Positions 8,817-17,296 of a stretch of DNA of 64,000 bases are shown piece by piece. Both the position numbers and the translations under genes were made by a program. The notes beneath the pieces are model-generated. The model searched no databases. It was not told the DNA's origin and saw only the letters and a list, made by a program, of their open reading frames with translations. Position 1 is the first letter of the stretch, and every line of letters begins with the position of its first letter. The stretch lies in assembly GCA_030431555.1 (NCBI GenBank), contig JAUIIP010000001.1, positions 2,062 through 66,061 on the forward strand, in the 5' to 3' direction. This stretch comes from a bacterium. GTDB lineage: Bacteria > Bdellovibrionota_C > UBA2361 > SZUA-149 > JAGRAN01.

Positions 8817-9488
8817 CTAATTTGAATATTGACGAAACGTAATCGAGTTTCCTGTTCCATCTTGCTGGAGCTCCATGCTGTTGCCATTCCCGACTTGCTC
8901 GCCTACTACGCTGTTCGAATCTCCGTCTTGACTTACTCGCATGAAGTTCGCTGAACCTTCCTGCGAAAGCTCGGCATGATGAGCATCACCGTGCTGCGTG
9001 AGCGTCATTTCATTAGCATCACCGAGTTGCGAAGTAACTGCTGAATTTCCGACGCCGTATTGACCGACAGACATCGTGTTTGCGTTGCCTGCTTGACTTG
9101 CATCCAAAGTGTTGTCGCCACCCCATTGAATTGCAAGCGCATCGTTATCATTGCCTTCCTGTCGAATTGAAGCGCTGTTGTTGCTGCCGAGCTGAGACAT
9201 TCCAACCCTGTTGTTATCTCCAACTTGGGATATGTCTGCCGTGTTGCTTATTCCCTGTTGCCCCGCGGTAACACTGTTTGAAGAACCGTCCTGAGAAATG
9301 GCGAGACTGTTGTCCGATCCCTCTTGAAGTATTTCTATTTCATTCTGAGTGCCTGACAATTGCTCAATGTATAAATCATTTGGTGCTGACTGCGCCGCTG
9401 CACTAGATGCGCTCAGTAGGACCGCCGCTGCAACTGCGCAGCTGCGATTAAATTCGCGCACAAATTTCACAACATCAATATGCTTCAT
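8817..9488 (-). CDS. Curlin-repeat protein (CsgA/CsgB-like amyloid subunit), secreted
   Basis: Signal peptide 'AAAVLLSASSAAAQS'; at least 8 consecutive ~22-aa repeats of the form N-x5-Q-x-G-x2-N-x-A-x3-Q (e.g. 'NSVTAGQQGISNTADISQVGDN', 'NTMSVGQYGVGNSAVTSQLGDA'), the curlin repeat consensus; likely start is M10 of the track ORF. Confidence 0.75.
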   Translation of the reverse strand: MKHIDVVKFVREFNRSCAVAAAVLLSASSAAAQSAPNDLYIEQLSGTQNEIEILQEGSDNSLAISQDGSSNSVTAGQQGISNTADISQVGDNNRVGMSQLGSNNSASIRQEGNDNDALAIQWGGDNTLDASQAGNANTMSVGQYGVGNSAVTSQLGDANEMTLTQHGDAHHAELSQEGSANFMRVSQDGDSNSVVGEQVGNGNSMELQQDGTGNSITFRQYSN

Positions 9489-9609
9489 AATTACCTCCAA
9501 AAAACCGCCACACATTCAGCCGCGCGTGGCCGTGACCAAGAAAGGGCGAGAGCCGCCCTCGAAACTTCTTATCGCTGTTATAGTGCGGACGTAACACATC
9601 GTGCGTTAA

Positions 9610-9628
9610 AATGTGTGTATCACACATT
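9610..9628. promoter_or_regulatory. Perfect 8-bp-arm palindrome AATGTGTG-TAT-CACACATT ~120 bp upstream of the curlin-like gene start; candidate dimeric regulator binding site
   Basis: Palindrome seen directly in the sequence; AT-rich surrounding region in the intergenic space between 9489 and 9822. Confidence 0.3.
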
Positions 9629-9822
9629 ATTACCACAGCATAATGAAGATAATTCTAGTTAAGGGCCTGCGTATTTTAAGGGTTTTTTGCTGAAAAATAT
9701 TATTGCCGCCAACTGAGGGCGCTACCTGTGCGTAAGAATATGGGTGAATAACCCTTTTTCAGCCAAACTCGCACTTGTCGTCTCACATAGTTCCGGCAAG
9801 CGGCACTCGGTTGCCTGAGCCG

Positions 9823-10281
9823 TTAGTAGTAAGTGCGGGTGTTGCCGGGCAACCCACCATCACCGCCGTCTTGAATCGGTGGATAAGCTTCACCCTCGTT
9901 GCGAGGAATAGCTTGATTAGGCCTGGTAGACATCGTACCACCGCCAAGTTGAGGATCAGCTGTTGAACCGGGGTCGTCCGTTTCGCCGACTGAGTCGACG
10001 CCTTCAGATTGGTTCGACGTCTCTACAACGTCAGTAGGATCAAAAACCGGATCGGAGGGCCAGCGTTGAGTGCTTTCTCCCCCATGCGTTGTAGTCATAG
10101 CGATTTGCATACCACCCTGCATCGCCATCGAGGCCTCTACGTAGACTTCTTCTACGTCGCCTCTCACTACAGCTACCGCTACTAGCAAAAGGAAAAGAAA
10201 CAAATAAAGCTGTAAAGCGTACTCTACAATAACGGACCCGCGCTGACTGGCGGCCGCAAAAAACCTAATTCTGTGATTCAT
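9823..10281 (-). CDS. TadE-like pseudopilin/pilus-assembly protein with a Gly/Asp-rich C-terminal extension
   Basis: N-terminal 'QRGSVIVEYALQLYLFLFLLLVAVAV' matches the TadE-like motif (R-G-x-x-A/I-V-E-F/Y-A-L followed by a hydrophobic helix); start taken at 'MNHRIRFF'; no other tad genes in the window. Confidence 0.5.
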   Translation of the reverse strand: MNHRIRFFAAASQRGSVIVEYALQLYLFLFLLLVAVAVVRGDVEEVYVEASMAMQGGMQIAMTTTHGGESTQRWPSDPVFDPTDVVETSNQSEGVDSVGETDDPGSTADPQLGGGTMSTRPNQAIPRNEGEAYPPIQDGGDGGLPGNTRTYY

Positions 10282-10399
10282 GGTGCCCACTTTCCCCATT
10301 TCCACTGCCCTTCTCTAATCCGCTGCCGCGCACCAGGTGCTTCAAAAAACTTAACCTTTTCGCGACTAAGCGCGGCATACTCCTCTAAACAAACCTAAT

Positions 10400-11227
10400 T
10401 TACTTGTCATCCTCCGTTGACCAGCTAAATGACGTGATAACGACTCGACCTCCGCCTTTTCGTGACGGCTGGGGGTTGATGTCCTTGTCGAAGTTAGCGA
10501 TAAACTCCCTAGCTTTCTTGTGAAAAATTGCGCCCTGCTCAAACAACCATGATTTAATCTCTGGTATGGCGTCCTGAAACACGTTGTCGTATTCGGTTCG
10601 ATTATGATGGTTTCTGATCTCATCGCCGGATACAACGTTTTCTTCAACCGCTCGAATAAATGCGTCGCTATCCCTAGAGAGAAGCTTAAACGCGTCCAGG
10701 GAGTCATATTGCACCTGGTCAGTTGTTCTTGTGAGCTTCACCCCTCCTCGGGTCCGCTCTACTGCACCAATTCGCTCTAATTCAGCCAGCACACTAGCCG
10801 GACCGACATCTCGGCTTACAGCAGCCACTAACTTGGTAAAATCGCTGTCTTCATCTCCGAAACTTAAGATTCGCGGCTTGCCCGACTTGGTTAAAAAATG
10901 CGGATCTTGCTCCCACTGACCCAGGATGCGTGAAGCAAGACTTTGCCGATCATCAACTGTCTCCCCGCGCTTATAAATGCGCGTAACCTCCCGTCGATTA
11001 ATGCCAGTGGTCACACTCAGTCGGCTTACGGTCACACGCTCGCCGCGAGACTCAATCTCGTCCGCTGCAAGATTGAGGAAGACCTGCTTCTGAATTTCCA
11101 CCAACTGGTGATAACGCAGACCATGGCGAAGGCAGAAGGTGAGAACTGGTCGCACCAGCAACCTAACCAGCTCACCTGAATTTCGACCCAAAAGACCCCG
11201 CATAAGACTCACTTGTGCATTACTCAC
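10400..11227 (-). CDS. Hypothetical protein with a possible HTH segment ('VTVSRLSVTTGINRREVTRIYKRG'); putative DNA-binding protein
   Basis: Intact 275-aa ORF; HTH-like stretch; nothing else recognised. Confidence 0.5.
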   Translation of the reverse strand: MSNAQVSLMRGLLGRNSGELVRLLVRPVLTFCLRHGLRYHQLVEIQKQVFLNLAADEIESRGERVTVSRLSVTTGINRREVTRIYKRGETVDDRQSLASRILGQWEQDPHFLTKSGKPRILSFGDEDSDFTKLVAAVSRDVGPASVLAELERIGAVERTRGGVKLTRTTDQVQYDSLDAFKLLSRDSDAFIRAVEENVVSGDEIRNHHNRTEYDNVFQDAIPEIKSWLFEQGAIFHKKAREFIANFDKDINPQPSRKGGGRVVITSFSWSTEDDK

Positions 11228-11546
11228 ATATTGTTATAGCTGACTCGGCCAAAACTGTCGCATACATTACGCTTCTGCGCTGCCGTTCTGCGCACTTCTG
11301 AGCACACGAAAGGCCGAGACAACGACAAATGTTGCTTAAGCTCCCGCTTATACTACTTTTTATGTCAGATTCAAGTGAGCGGCTGCGCCAAGACTTGCAG
11401 CTTATTCGTGCATACTGCACAAATAAGCGCACACTCTTCCCGGACAGGCGCATAATGCTAGTAGTGAGTGGGCAGAAGTCAAACAGCTCACAAGCAACAG
11501 TAGCACGACGACGCTACGTTATACACCCGACTAACGACACAGTATT

Positions 11547-11572
11547 CCCTGGGCGCCTCCCGGCGCCCAGGG
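11547..11572. repeat. GC-rich perfect hairpin (11-bp stem CCCTGGGCGCC / GGCGCCCAGGG, 4-nt loop) inside the 670-bp non-coding gap
   Basis: Seen directly in the sequence; not followed by a T-run. Confidence 0.4.
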
Positions 11573-11673
11573 CCCCCCTTACATCGAAGAACAAAGCTAC
11601 AGCAATCTGTGCAATTATCCCAAATATATACAAGAAGACCCAAAGTCCAAAAGCTCCTTCCTGCTATCTCCCT

Positions 11674-11710
11674 AAAAATAAAGCCTTTATCCACACAAAG
11701 GCTTAAAAAT
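11674..11710 (-). terminator. Rho-independent terminator-like hairpin (stem AAGCCTTT / AAAGGCTT, 8-nt loop) flanked by A/T runs; the T-run follows the stem on the minus strand
   Basis: Seen directly in the sequence ~190 bp downstream of the minus-strand alpha/beta-hydrolase stop. Confidence 0.4.
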
Positions 11711-11897
11711 GAAAGATTGCTTTGTGCATTTCGCACAAACAGAGGACACGACTATCTACTTGTGGCATAACCTCTATTGGAAGGCGTCAGGCGCCGTTGA
11801 AGTAGAGCCACAACATCCATTAACTTATTGGTTCCCCTTCAAACCCGGCCCTCAAATACATCCGCGGCGCCTGACCCTTCCCTTCATACTGACCAGT

Positions 11898-12770
11898 TCA
11901 CTCGAAACACTTTCCGATTGCCCCCGACACCGCCGAATAGACCCTGACAAATAAGTCGTTGTGGCCGGCATCCTCCGAGGGAACGAAGAATGACCGGCCT
12001 GCGCCCCGATAACTCTCAGAGACCAATCTCCCCTGCTCGAATGGAATAATCCTATCCTGCTTTCCGTGAGCGACAACTAAGCAGGTGTTACCCAACATGC
12101 TCACGTCACTGCGAACAGGAAAGTCATAAAAGGAGAGTGGATAGAGAAAGCCGAAAAGCGGCGTGTTTTTGACCGCGTCAGGAAGCGACGTAAATGGAGA
12201 GAAAAGCACCAGTGCGCCAGGCCGGAACTCCACAGCAGCAGAAGCAGCTGGACCGCCACCAATAGAAATGCCGACCAGTACGAGGTCTTTCGACGCGACA
12301 CCTTCTTTATCGAGAACATGCTTAACAACCGCTCTCCCATCTTCGTTTAGACCGCTTTCGGTAAAGGGCCAGCCGCTGCTCTTACCGTAGCCGCGATAAT
12401 CAAAGCCGTAAGACGTGTAGCCCATTTCGTGAAAGAAAACCTGGTAGCCGAAAAAATTTTCGACGTCTCCCGCGTTACCATGAAAGATCACTGCAACCTT
12501 AGCAGCGCCGTCAACCCTAAGCCGCCAGGTCTCAAGTGCTTGACCGTCGACAGTTTCCACAAAGAAACTTTCCACCCCTTCAGGCAGGGTGTGGGGTTCC
12601 CGCCAAGAATCATTAGATATCGACATCAAAGCCCCTGGGAAGATTTGGATGCTCTGAGTGAGCACGACGACGATAGCAATAACTGTCGCCGCCACGATCA
12701 GCCGCAACCAAAAAGGCAGAGAGAGAAAACGCGTATTTACCCGTTCCAAATGGCTTGAGTCACTGTTCAT
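11898..12770 (-). CDS. Alpha/beta-fold hydrolase with an N-terminal membrane anchor
   Basis: 'VAVIFHGNAGD...LVGISIGGGPA' (nucleophile elbow G-x-S-x-G); N-terminal TM helix. Confidence 0.8.
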   Translation of the reverse strand: MNSDSSHLERVNTRFLSLPFWLRLIVAATVIAIVVVLTQSIQIFPGALMSISNDSWREPHTLPEGVESFFVETVDGQALETWRLRVDGAAKVAVIFHGNAGDVENFFGYQVFFHEMGYTSYGFDYRGYGKSSGWPFTESGLNEDGRAVVKHVLDKEGVASKDLVLVGISIGGGPAASAAVEFRPGALVLFSPFTSLPDAVKNTPLFGFLYPLSFYDFPVRSDVSMLGNTCLVVAHGKQDRIIPFEQGRLVSESYRGAGRSFFVPSEDAGHNDLFVRVYSAVSGAIGKCFE

Positions 12771-12927
12771 AGCTGAAGGAATTTAGCTTAGCAGTCGAGA
12801 TCATATCTTCTTTTCTGGCTATGCTAAACCTTTCTCTGCGTAAGCTTCCTTTCATGCAACTAACCTAAAGCTTGCGAACTAGATGCTGCATTAAAGTCCT
12901 CCGTAGGGTAAGGGTCTAGTTGAAGAC

Positions 12928-15135
12928 ATGAACTCGACAGCAGCTCGCAAACTCCTTCTGACGTGTGTCGCATTTGGCGGATTCGCCGGACTATGCTGGG
13001 AAATCATTTGGCAGCTGCGGGCCTCGCTTGCAATTGGTGTGTCGGCTCATGCAGCAGCCTTCGTGCTCGCTGGTACGATGGGCGGAATGACGATCGGCAC
13101 CCTGCTTAGTGGACGCCTACTCCGGATTTACCAGCAGAGGTTCTCTCCATTTACTATCTATGGCGCTCTTGAGGCAGTGGTCGGCGCCTGCGGCTTGTTT
13201 CTCGGGCAGGCGTTCGATCTGGTCAGCTCTCTCGATACTGTGAGCTACGCTTGGAGTCCGGATTTGACTCCCGTCATCCAACTTTCACTGATGCTATTTA
13301 TTATTGGCCCGCCTTCAATGGCCATGGGTGCAACAATTCCAGTGTTTGGTTTGCTGGCGAAAGCAACGGACTCGTCCGTAGCATTGCTTTACGGGCTTAA
13401 TGTTCTCGGAGCCGCCCTCGGAGTTTTGCTCCTGGCCTTCGCAATTCTACCCAGCGCCGGCCTCAACAGCGCCGGCATACTACTCGCCGGAATCAACTTC
13501 GCAATAGCTGCCTTAATGGTTATAGTCCGAGGACAGGAAACGGCACCGCAAACGCTCGACACAAATGCGCAAGAAGGCAGCGTAGAGGTCTCGGACTATT
13601 TAGCAGCGTTCATGAGCGGATTCGCGATTCTTGCACTCGAAGTGCTTTGGTTTCGGGCAATGAGGTCCGCGTTTCTCAGCACGGCACATAGCTTTTCAAT
13701 AATGCTTGCTTCCGTACTTCTATCGTTGGCCGCGGGAGCGCACTTGGCACCTGTGATACGCAGAAGCTGTATCGACAAGTCTGTTATTTTAGTGCTTGGC
13801 GGCGCGCTGGTACTATTGACGGCACCTCTGGTCGAAAGACTCGACGCGTTGACTACCTTTTATGCATTAGACCCCAACTTGAGTAAATTTCTTCTGGCCC
13901 TAGGCGTTGTCGGTCCCCCGGCTGTGGTCCTAGGGGTTATTTTTCCGTACGTGCTCGAGCGAGGGAAGCAACCTCTGAGATGGAGTCTGTTGCACGGCAG
14001 CAATACTTTTGGCGCAATCATCGGAGCTCTTGGAGCAGCCTGGATTTTCCTGCCAAGTCTAGGTGTAGCAAAGTCTCTGTGGTTAATTGGAACGTTAACT
14101 GCGGCGTTTGGTACAAGCTTGATGCAGTCCCATCTGCAGCGATTGCGGGCTCTAAGTGCCGTTGCCGCATGTGTTATCACTGCGGTTCTCGGATATTCAT
14201 CGATCGGCTCCACGCGCATAATTGGGGCAATGCGAACCGATTCGGGTGCCTATAAGGTACTGGGATACGAAGAAACTCCCGATTACTCTGTTGCGGTCAT
14301 CGAAAACGATCTTCGAAGAGCGTTGTTCATTGACGGTTTCAGTGCAAGTGCGGATCTAGGGTCTGTCGGCTATATGGCATGGATGGGAAGGCTTCCGATG
14401 CTGCTGCATGAGGCACCCAAACGGGCTCTGATAATCTGCTTCGGGCGCGGAGTTACCGCTGCCGCTCTTCGCAGCGAGAACCCGGACAGAATAGATTTGG
14501 TCGACATAAGCGACGCCGTGTTTCGAATGTCCGAGTTCTTTCAAGCAGTCAACGACAGTATTCTGGACGACCCGCGCGTGCGCACGGTTGTGATGGACGG
14601 CCGCGCCTGGCTCAGACGAACAACTTCTCTTTATGACGTTATTACACTAGAGCCGATGCCTCCAACATTCTCCGGAATGAACAATCTCTATTCCAGGGAG
14701 TTCTATCAACTGGCAAAAGCGAAATTAAATCCGGGTGGAACAATCGCGCAGTGGCTGCCGATGCATTTGCTGACACCAGAGCAAACTAGGTCGATCGCCG
14801 CTACATTCATCGAGACTTTTCCTAACTCAGTTTTATGGATTTACCAGCCTTATCGAACCGGAATACTAGTCGGCAAGAATTCAGAGGTCGATGAACTCGA
14901 CTGGCACAGACTTGAGAACCACGTACCGAGTCGGGAACTGACCGAGAAAGAAATACGTGACTCTATTATCCTCGGCAGAAAGGAACTCAGTATTTATTCA
15001 GACGGGGCCGAGATTATCACGGACGACAATCAAATGTTGTCGTACGGCTGGGGGGTTTTAATGCACGATCTGGGTGAAACGCTCGGAGTCGAGTATGAAG
15101 GTGAAAGTTTGGAACGAATTGAGGCAGCACGATGA
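12928..15135 (+). CDS. Fused MFS-like membrane domain / spermidine synthase (polyamine aminopropyltransferase)-like protein
   Basis: ~11 N-terminal TM helices; C-terminal 'ALIICFGRGVTAAALRSENPDRIDLVDISDAVF...DPRVRTVVMDGRAWL...YDVITLEP', the spermidine-synthase fold signature. Confidence 0.8.
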   Translation: MNSTAARKLLLTCVAFGGFAGLCWEIIWQLRASLAIGVSAHAAAFVLAGTMGGMTIGTLLSGRLLRIYQQRFSPFTIYGALEAVVGACGLFLGQAFDLVSSLDTVSYAWSPDLTPVIQLSLMLFIIGPPSMAMGATIPVFGLLAKATDSSVALLYGLNVLGAALGVLLLAFAILPSAGLNSAGILLAGINFAIAALMVIVRGQETAPQTLDTNAQEGSVEVSDYLAAFMSGFAILALEVLWFRAMRSAFLSTAHSFSIMLASVLLSLAAGAHLAPVIRRSCIDKSVILVLGGALVLLTAPLVERLDALTTFYALDPNLSKFLLALGVVGPPAVVLGVIFPYVLERGKQPLRWSLLHGSNTFGAIIGALGAAWIFLPSLGVAKSLWLIGTLTAAFGTSLMQSHLQRLRALSAVAACVITAVLGYSSIGSTRIIGAMRTDSGAYKVLGYEETPDYSVAVIENDLRRALFIDGFSASADLGSVGYMAWMGRLPMLLHEAPKRALIICFGRGVTAAALRSENPDRIDLVDISDAVFRMSEFFQAVNDSILDDPRVRTVVMDGRAWLRRTTSLYDVITLEPMPPTFSGMNNLYSREFYQLAKAKLNPGGTIAQWLPMHLLTPEQTRSIAATFIETFPNSVLWIYQPYRTGILVGKNSEVDELDWHRLENHVPSRELTEKEIRDSIILGRKELSIYSDGAEIITDDNQMLSYGWGVLMHDLGETLGVEYEGESLERIEAAR

Positions 15136-15374
15136 GCATGGAGCCGAAGTACTTTAGGAAGCAGCTACTCCGTCCATTTTGGGGCACCGTTGCTGTCCTC
15201 CTTTTGCTAAATCTCCTGGTCTTTCTGGTCGAAAACCGACTCATCGGTCTCGAGAGTTGGCAGATTCCCTGTTTGCTCACATTAGCACTAGGACTGTTCT
15301 ATCTCAGGCTGTTCGGCGAAGTGTTTTGGGTAACTCTGCTAAAGAGCAATAAACATGAAAATCCCAAGCGCTAA
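15132..15374 (+). CDS. Small (80 aa) two-TM membrane protein overlapping the stop of the preceding gene (ATGA)
   Basis: ATGA overlap with the fused MFS/spermidine synthase gene; two hydrophobic helices; no homolog recognised. Confidence 0.35.
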   Translation: MSMEPKYFRKQLLRPFWGTVAVLLLLNLLVFLVENRLIGLESWQIPCLLTLALGLFYLRLFGEVFWVTLLKSNKHENPKR

Positions 15375-16564
15375 ACAACTGCATCGAAAGTCGTCCCCTT
15401 ACGCTCCTCGTCTCTTTGCTGCTCAACTCGGTCCAACAAACTAATGCGATTGTCCTCCTCAGCGGCCTCTTCTTCCGCCTGTGCCGCTGCTTCGTCACCC
15501 TGCTCTGTGCTAAGCAAAGCTTCAACAGTTACCGAATCCAGGGTAGAGGACGATGCCTCGATAAACGACTTATCCAGCGCAGATGCGATCGTGTCAGCGA
15601 GTTTCTCCGGGGACTGACTTAATTTACTTTCGGCCTTCGTTGACTCGGTCGTTGATACAGCAGACTTGTAGCCGACATTTTGCGCCGCTGCGTCTAACTG
15701 CTGCTCGGCATTGCCAATGGCAGTTCTTACAGTAGAAACGCTTTCTCTCGCACCACGGACTTGTGCTTGGAAATCAGCAATCGAGACAGTGCGATTAGTT
15801 TCCGACTCAGCATCCCCGTTCACAGGATCCGTTTCTTCAACCTCACCAATCGGCTCCTGCTGTTCGATGCCCTGCTGAAACTCCTGCTCTCCAATTGCAA
15901 TCAGCTCGTCGTCGCCTGCTTGCGCGTCCATAGTAAGCTGATCATCTGCACCAAGACCTCCCTTTATCGTGCCGCCGGTCTTACCTCCTGTCTTACCGCC
16001 AGAGAAACCGCCGCCGGAACCTTCCGCGCTTCGCCGCTCCGCCAAGAATTCCGGTGTGCCGATTCCTAGCGCCTCAGATGAAATGTCAGAAAAAGCGAAG
16101 CTGACTTGCTCTCCCCCCAACTCGAAACTAACCGAATCGCCAAACGCGCGGTTGCCGCCGAAAGACGCGCCTGCCGTTTCGTCGAGCTGATCCATCAAAT
16201 CGCCGATTTCCTTCTCAATATCTTCCTTTTTTCCGGGATTAACTTCCTGCTGAAGTCGTGAAGCCAAGCTATCAATATCGGCTAAAATATTGTCAGCTGT
16301 CTCAGCCGCTGCTCCAGCCACATCCAGATATGATCTTGCCGAGCTCGTTTGCAATGATGTCTCAGCAGACCGGGAATTTGCCCTGGTAGTTTCCAGCGCT
16401 GCTACAGACAGATCTACTTCCGTAGCGTCTTCCCGCAGTGTCCGTTCAATTAGATTATTGGACGCTTGGGATAGTCTTGCCTGTATTCCGGAACCGCTAT
16501 CGGTCGCGGATTTGTTAAACAGATCGCCAATCGACCCCGCATGGCCGCCAATGTTTATATTCAA
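15371..16564 (-). CDS. Highly divergent flagellin/FlgL-like protein (Ala/Ser/Glu-rich, probably coiled-coil N- and C-terminal regions with a Gly-rich middle)
   Basis: N-terminal region resembles the flagellin D0/D1 pattern ('ARLSQASNNLIERTL...'; 'DIDSLASRLQQEV...KEIGDLMDQLDETAGASFGGNRAFGDSVSFELGGEQ', compare 'LQRVRELAVQ...EIDRVSGQTQFNGVKVL..'); C-terminal region resembles the flagellin C-terminus including 'ISLLDR' (compare LSLLR); no flagellar genes in the neighbourhood. Confidence 0.4.
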   Translation of the reverse strand: MNINIGGHAGSIGDLFNKSATDSGSGIQARLSQASNNLIERTLREDATEVDLSVAALETTRANSRSAETSLQTSSARSYLDVAGAAAETADNILADIDSLASRLQQEVNPGKKEDIEKEIGDLMDQLDETAGASFGGNRAFGDSVSFELGGEQVSFAFSDISSEALGIGTPEFLAERRSAEGSGGGFSGGKTGGKTGGTIKGGLGADDQLTMDAQAGDDELIAIGEQEFQQGIEQQEPIGEVEETDPVNGDAESETNRTVSIADFQAQVRGARESVSTVRTAIGNAEQQLDAAAQNVGYKSAVSTTESTKAESKLSQSPEKLADTIASALDKSFIEASSSTLDSVTVEALLSTEQGDEAAAQAEEEAAEEDNRISLLDRVEQQRDEERKGTTFDAVV

Positions 16565-16807
16565 GATTTCGCCTCCGATGCCCCTTGTTTCAGTCCAAGG
16601 CTGACAGAACCAATGGCCTCACAAAGGTGCAGTCGGTGAATCTACGTACTGGCTTAACGAACTGAAGCGACTGTAGTCGTGCAATGCTGCGTTTTGCAAA
16701 CTTTGCAGGTTGCTCCCAACACAGCGCGCAAACAATTTGGAAAAAACACAGTCAATGCGATCGAATTAGATTCGAGACTTTTTACTGAAAAACTTGCAGG
16801 AACAGAA

Positions 16808-17158
16808 TCAAGTAAGTGCCTTTTTCCACTCCGGCTGCTTGAACCCGACTAGCCCACCTCCCTCAAACAAAAGAAAAGGACGTTTTACCAGCATGCCGTT
16901 CTTACTTAACAGTTCAAGAGCTTGTTTATCAGTCATCGAGTTCAGTTTGTCCTTGAGGCCGAGTTCTCTGTACTGCATTCCCGACGTATTAAAAAGACGG
17001 CGGACCTCTCCATCATAATACTTCAGCATGGATTTTAGTTCGGACTTCGAAGGGGGTTTTTGAGTAATGTCGATCTCATGCGCTTCTAAATCCTTAGCAT
17101 CAAGAAAAGCTTTTGCTTTCTGACAAGTGCTGCATCGCGGGTGATAATAGTATTTCAT
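16808..17158 (-). CDS. ArsC/Spx/YffB-family thioredoxin-fold protein
   Basis: 'MKYYYHPRCSTCQKAKAFLDAKDLEAHEIDI...KRPFLLFEGGGLVGFK' is the ArsC-family signature with a CxxC-like N-terminus. Confidence 0.75.
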   Translation of the reverse strand: MKYYYHPRCSTCQKAKAFLDAKDLEAHEIDITQKPPSKSELKSMLKYYDGEVRRLFNTSGMQYRELGLKDKLNSMTDKQALELLSKNGMLVKRPFLLFEGGGLVGFKQPEWKKALT

Positions 17159-17296
17159 CGGCTTGCTCCAGATGTGCAAAGTCACATTATATTTAGTATA
17201 TATACTTTAACTCACGCGCGCTAAGCCTGCGCTAACACAAGCTTAACAGCTCTCTTCAACGTCCAGCCGAGTAGACCTATCGCCTTAAGAAAAGGG

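Noticed and set aside
9005-9271. Short ORFs on both strands inside the curlin-repeat gene
   Set aside because: They are alternative-frame or antisense readings of a Gln/Asn/Gly codon-repeat region; the curlin frame carries the signal peptide and repeat logic.
11329-11954. Three overlapping ORFs (11329-11706 +, 11488-11736 -, 11709-11954 +) in the long intergenic gap
   Set aside because: Mutually overlapping, low-complexity or basic products with no start context; the region is better explained as non-coding with hairpins.
15371-16564. Considered calling the 397-aa Ala/Ser/Glu-rich protein a simple low-complexity or IDP surface protein
   Set aside because: Not fully rejected. Terminal segments show flagellin-like register (including the C-terminal ISLLDR), so it is reported as flagellin-like with low confidence rather than dismissed.
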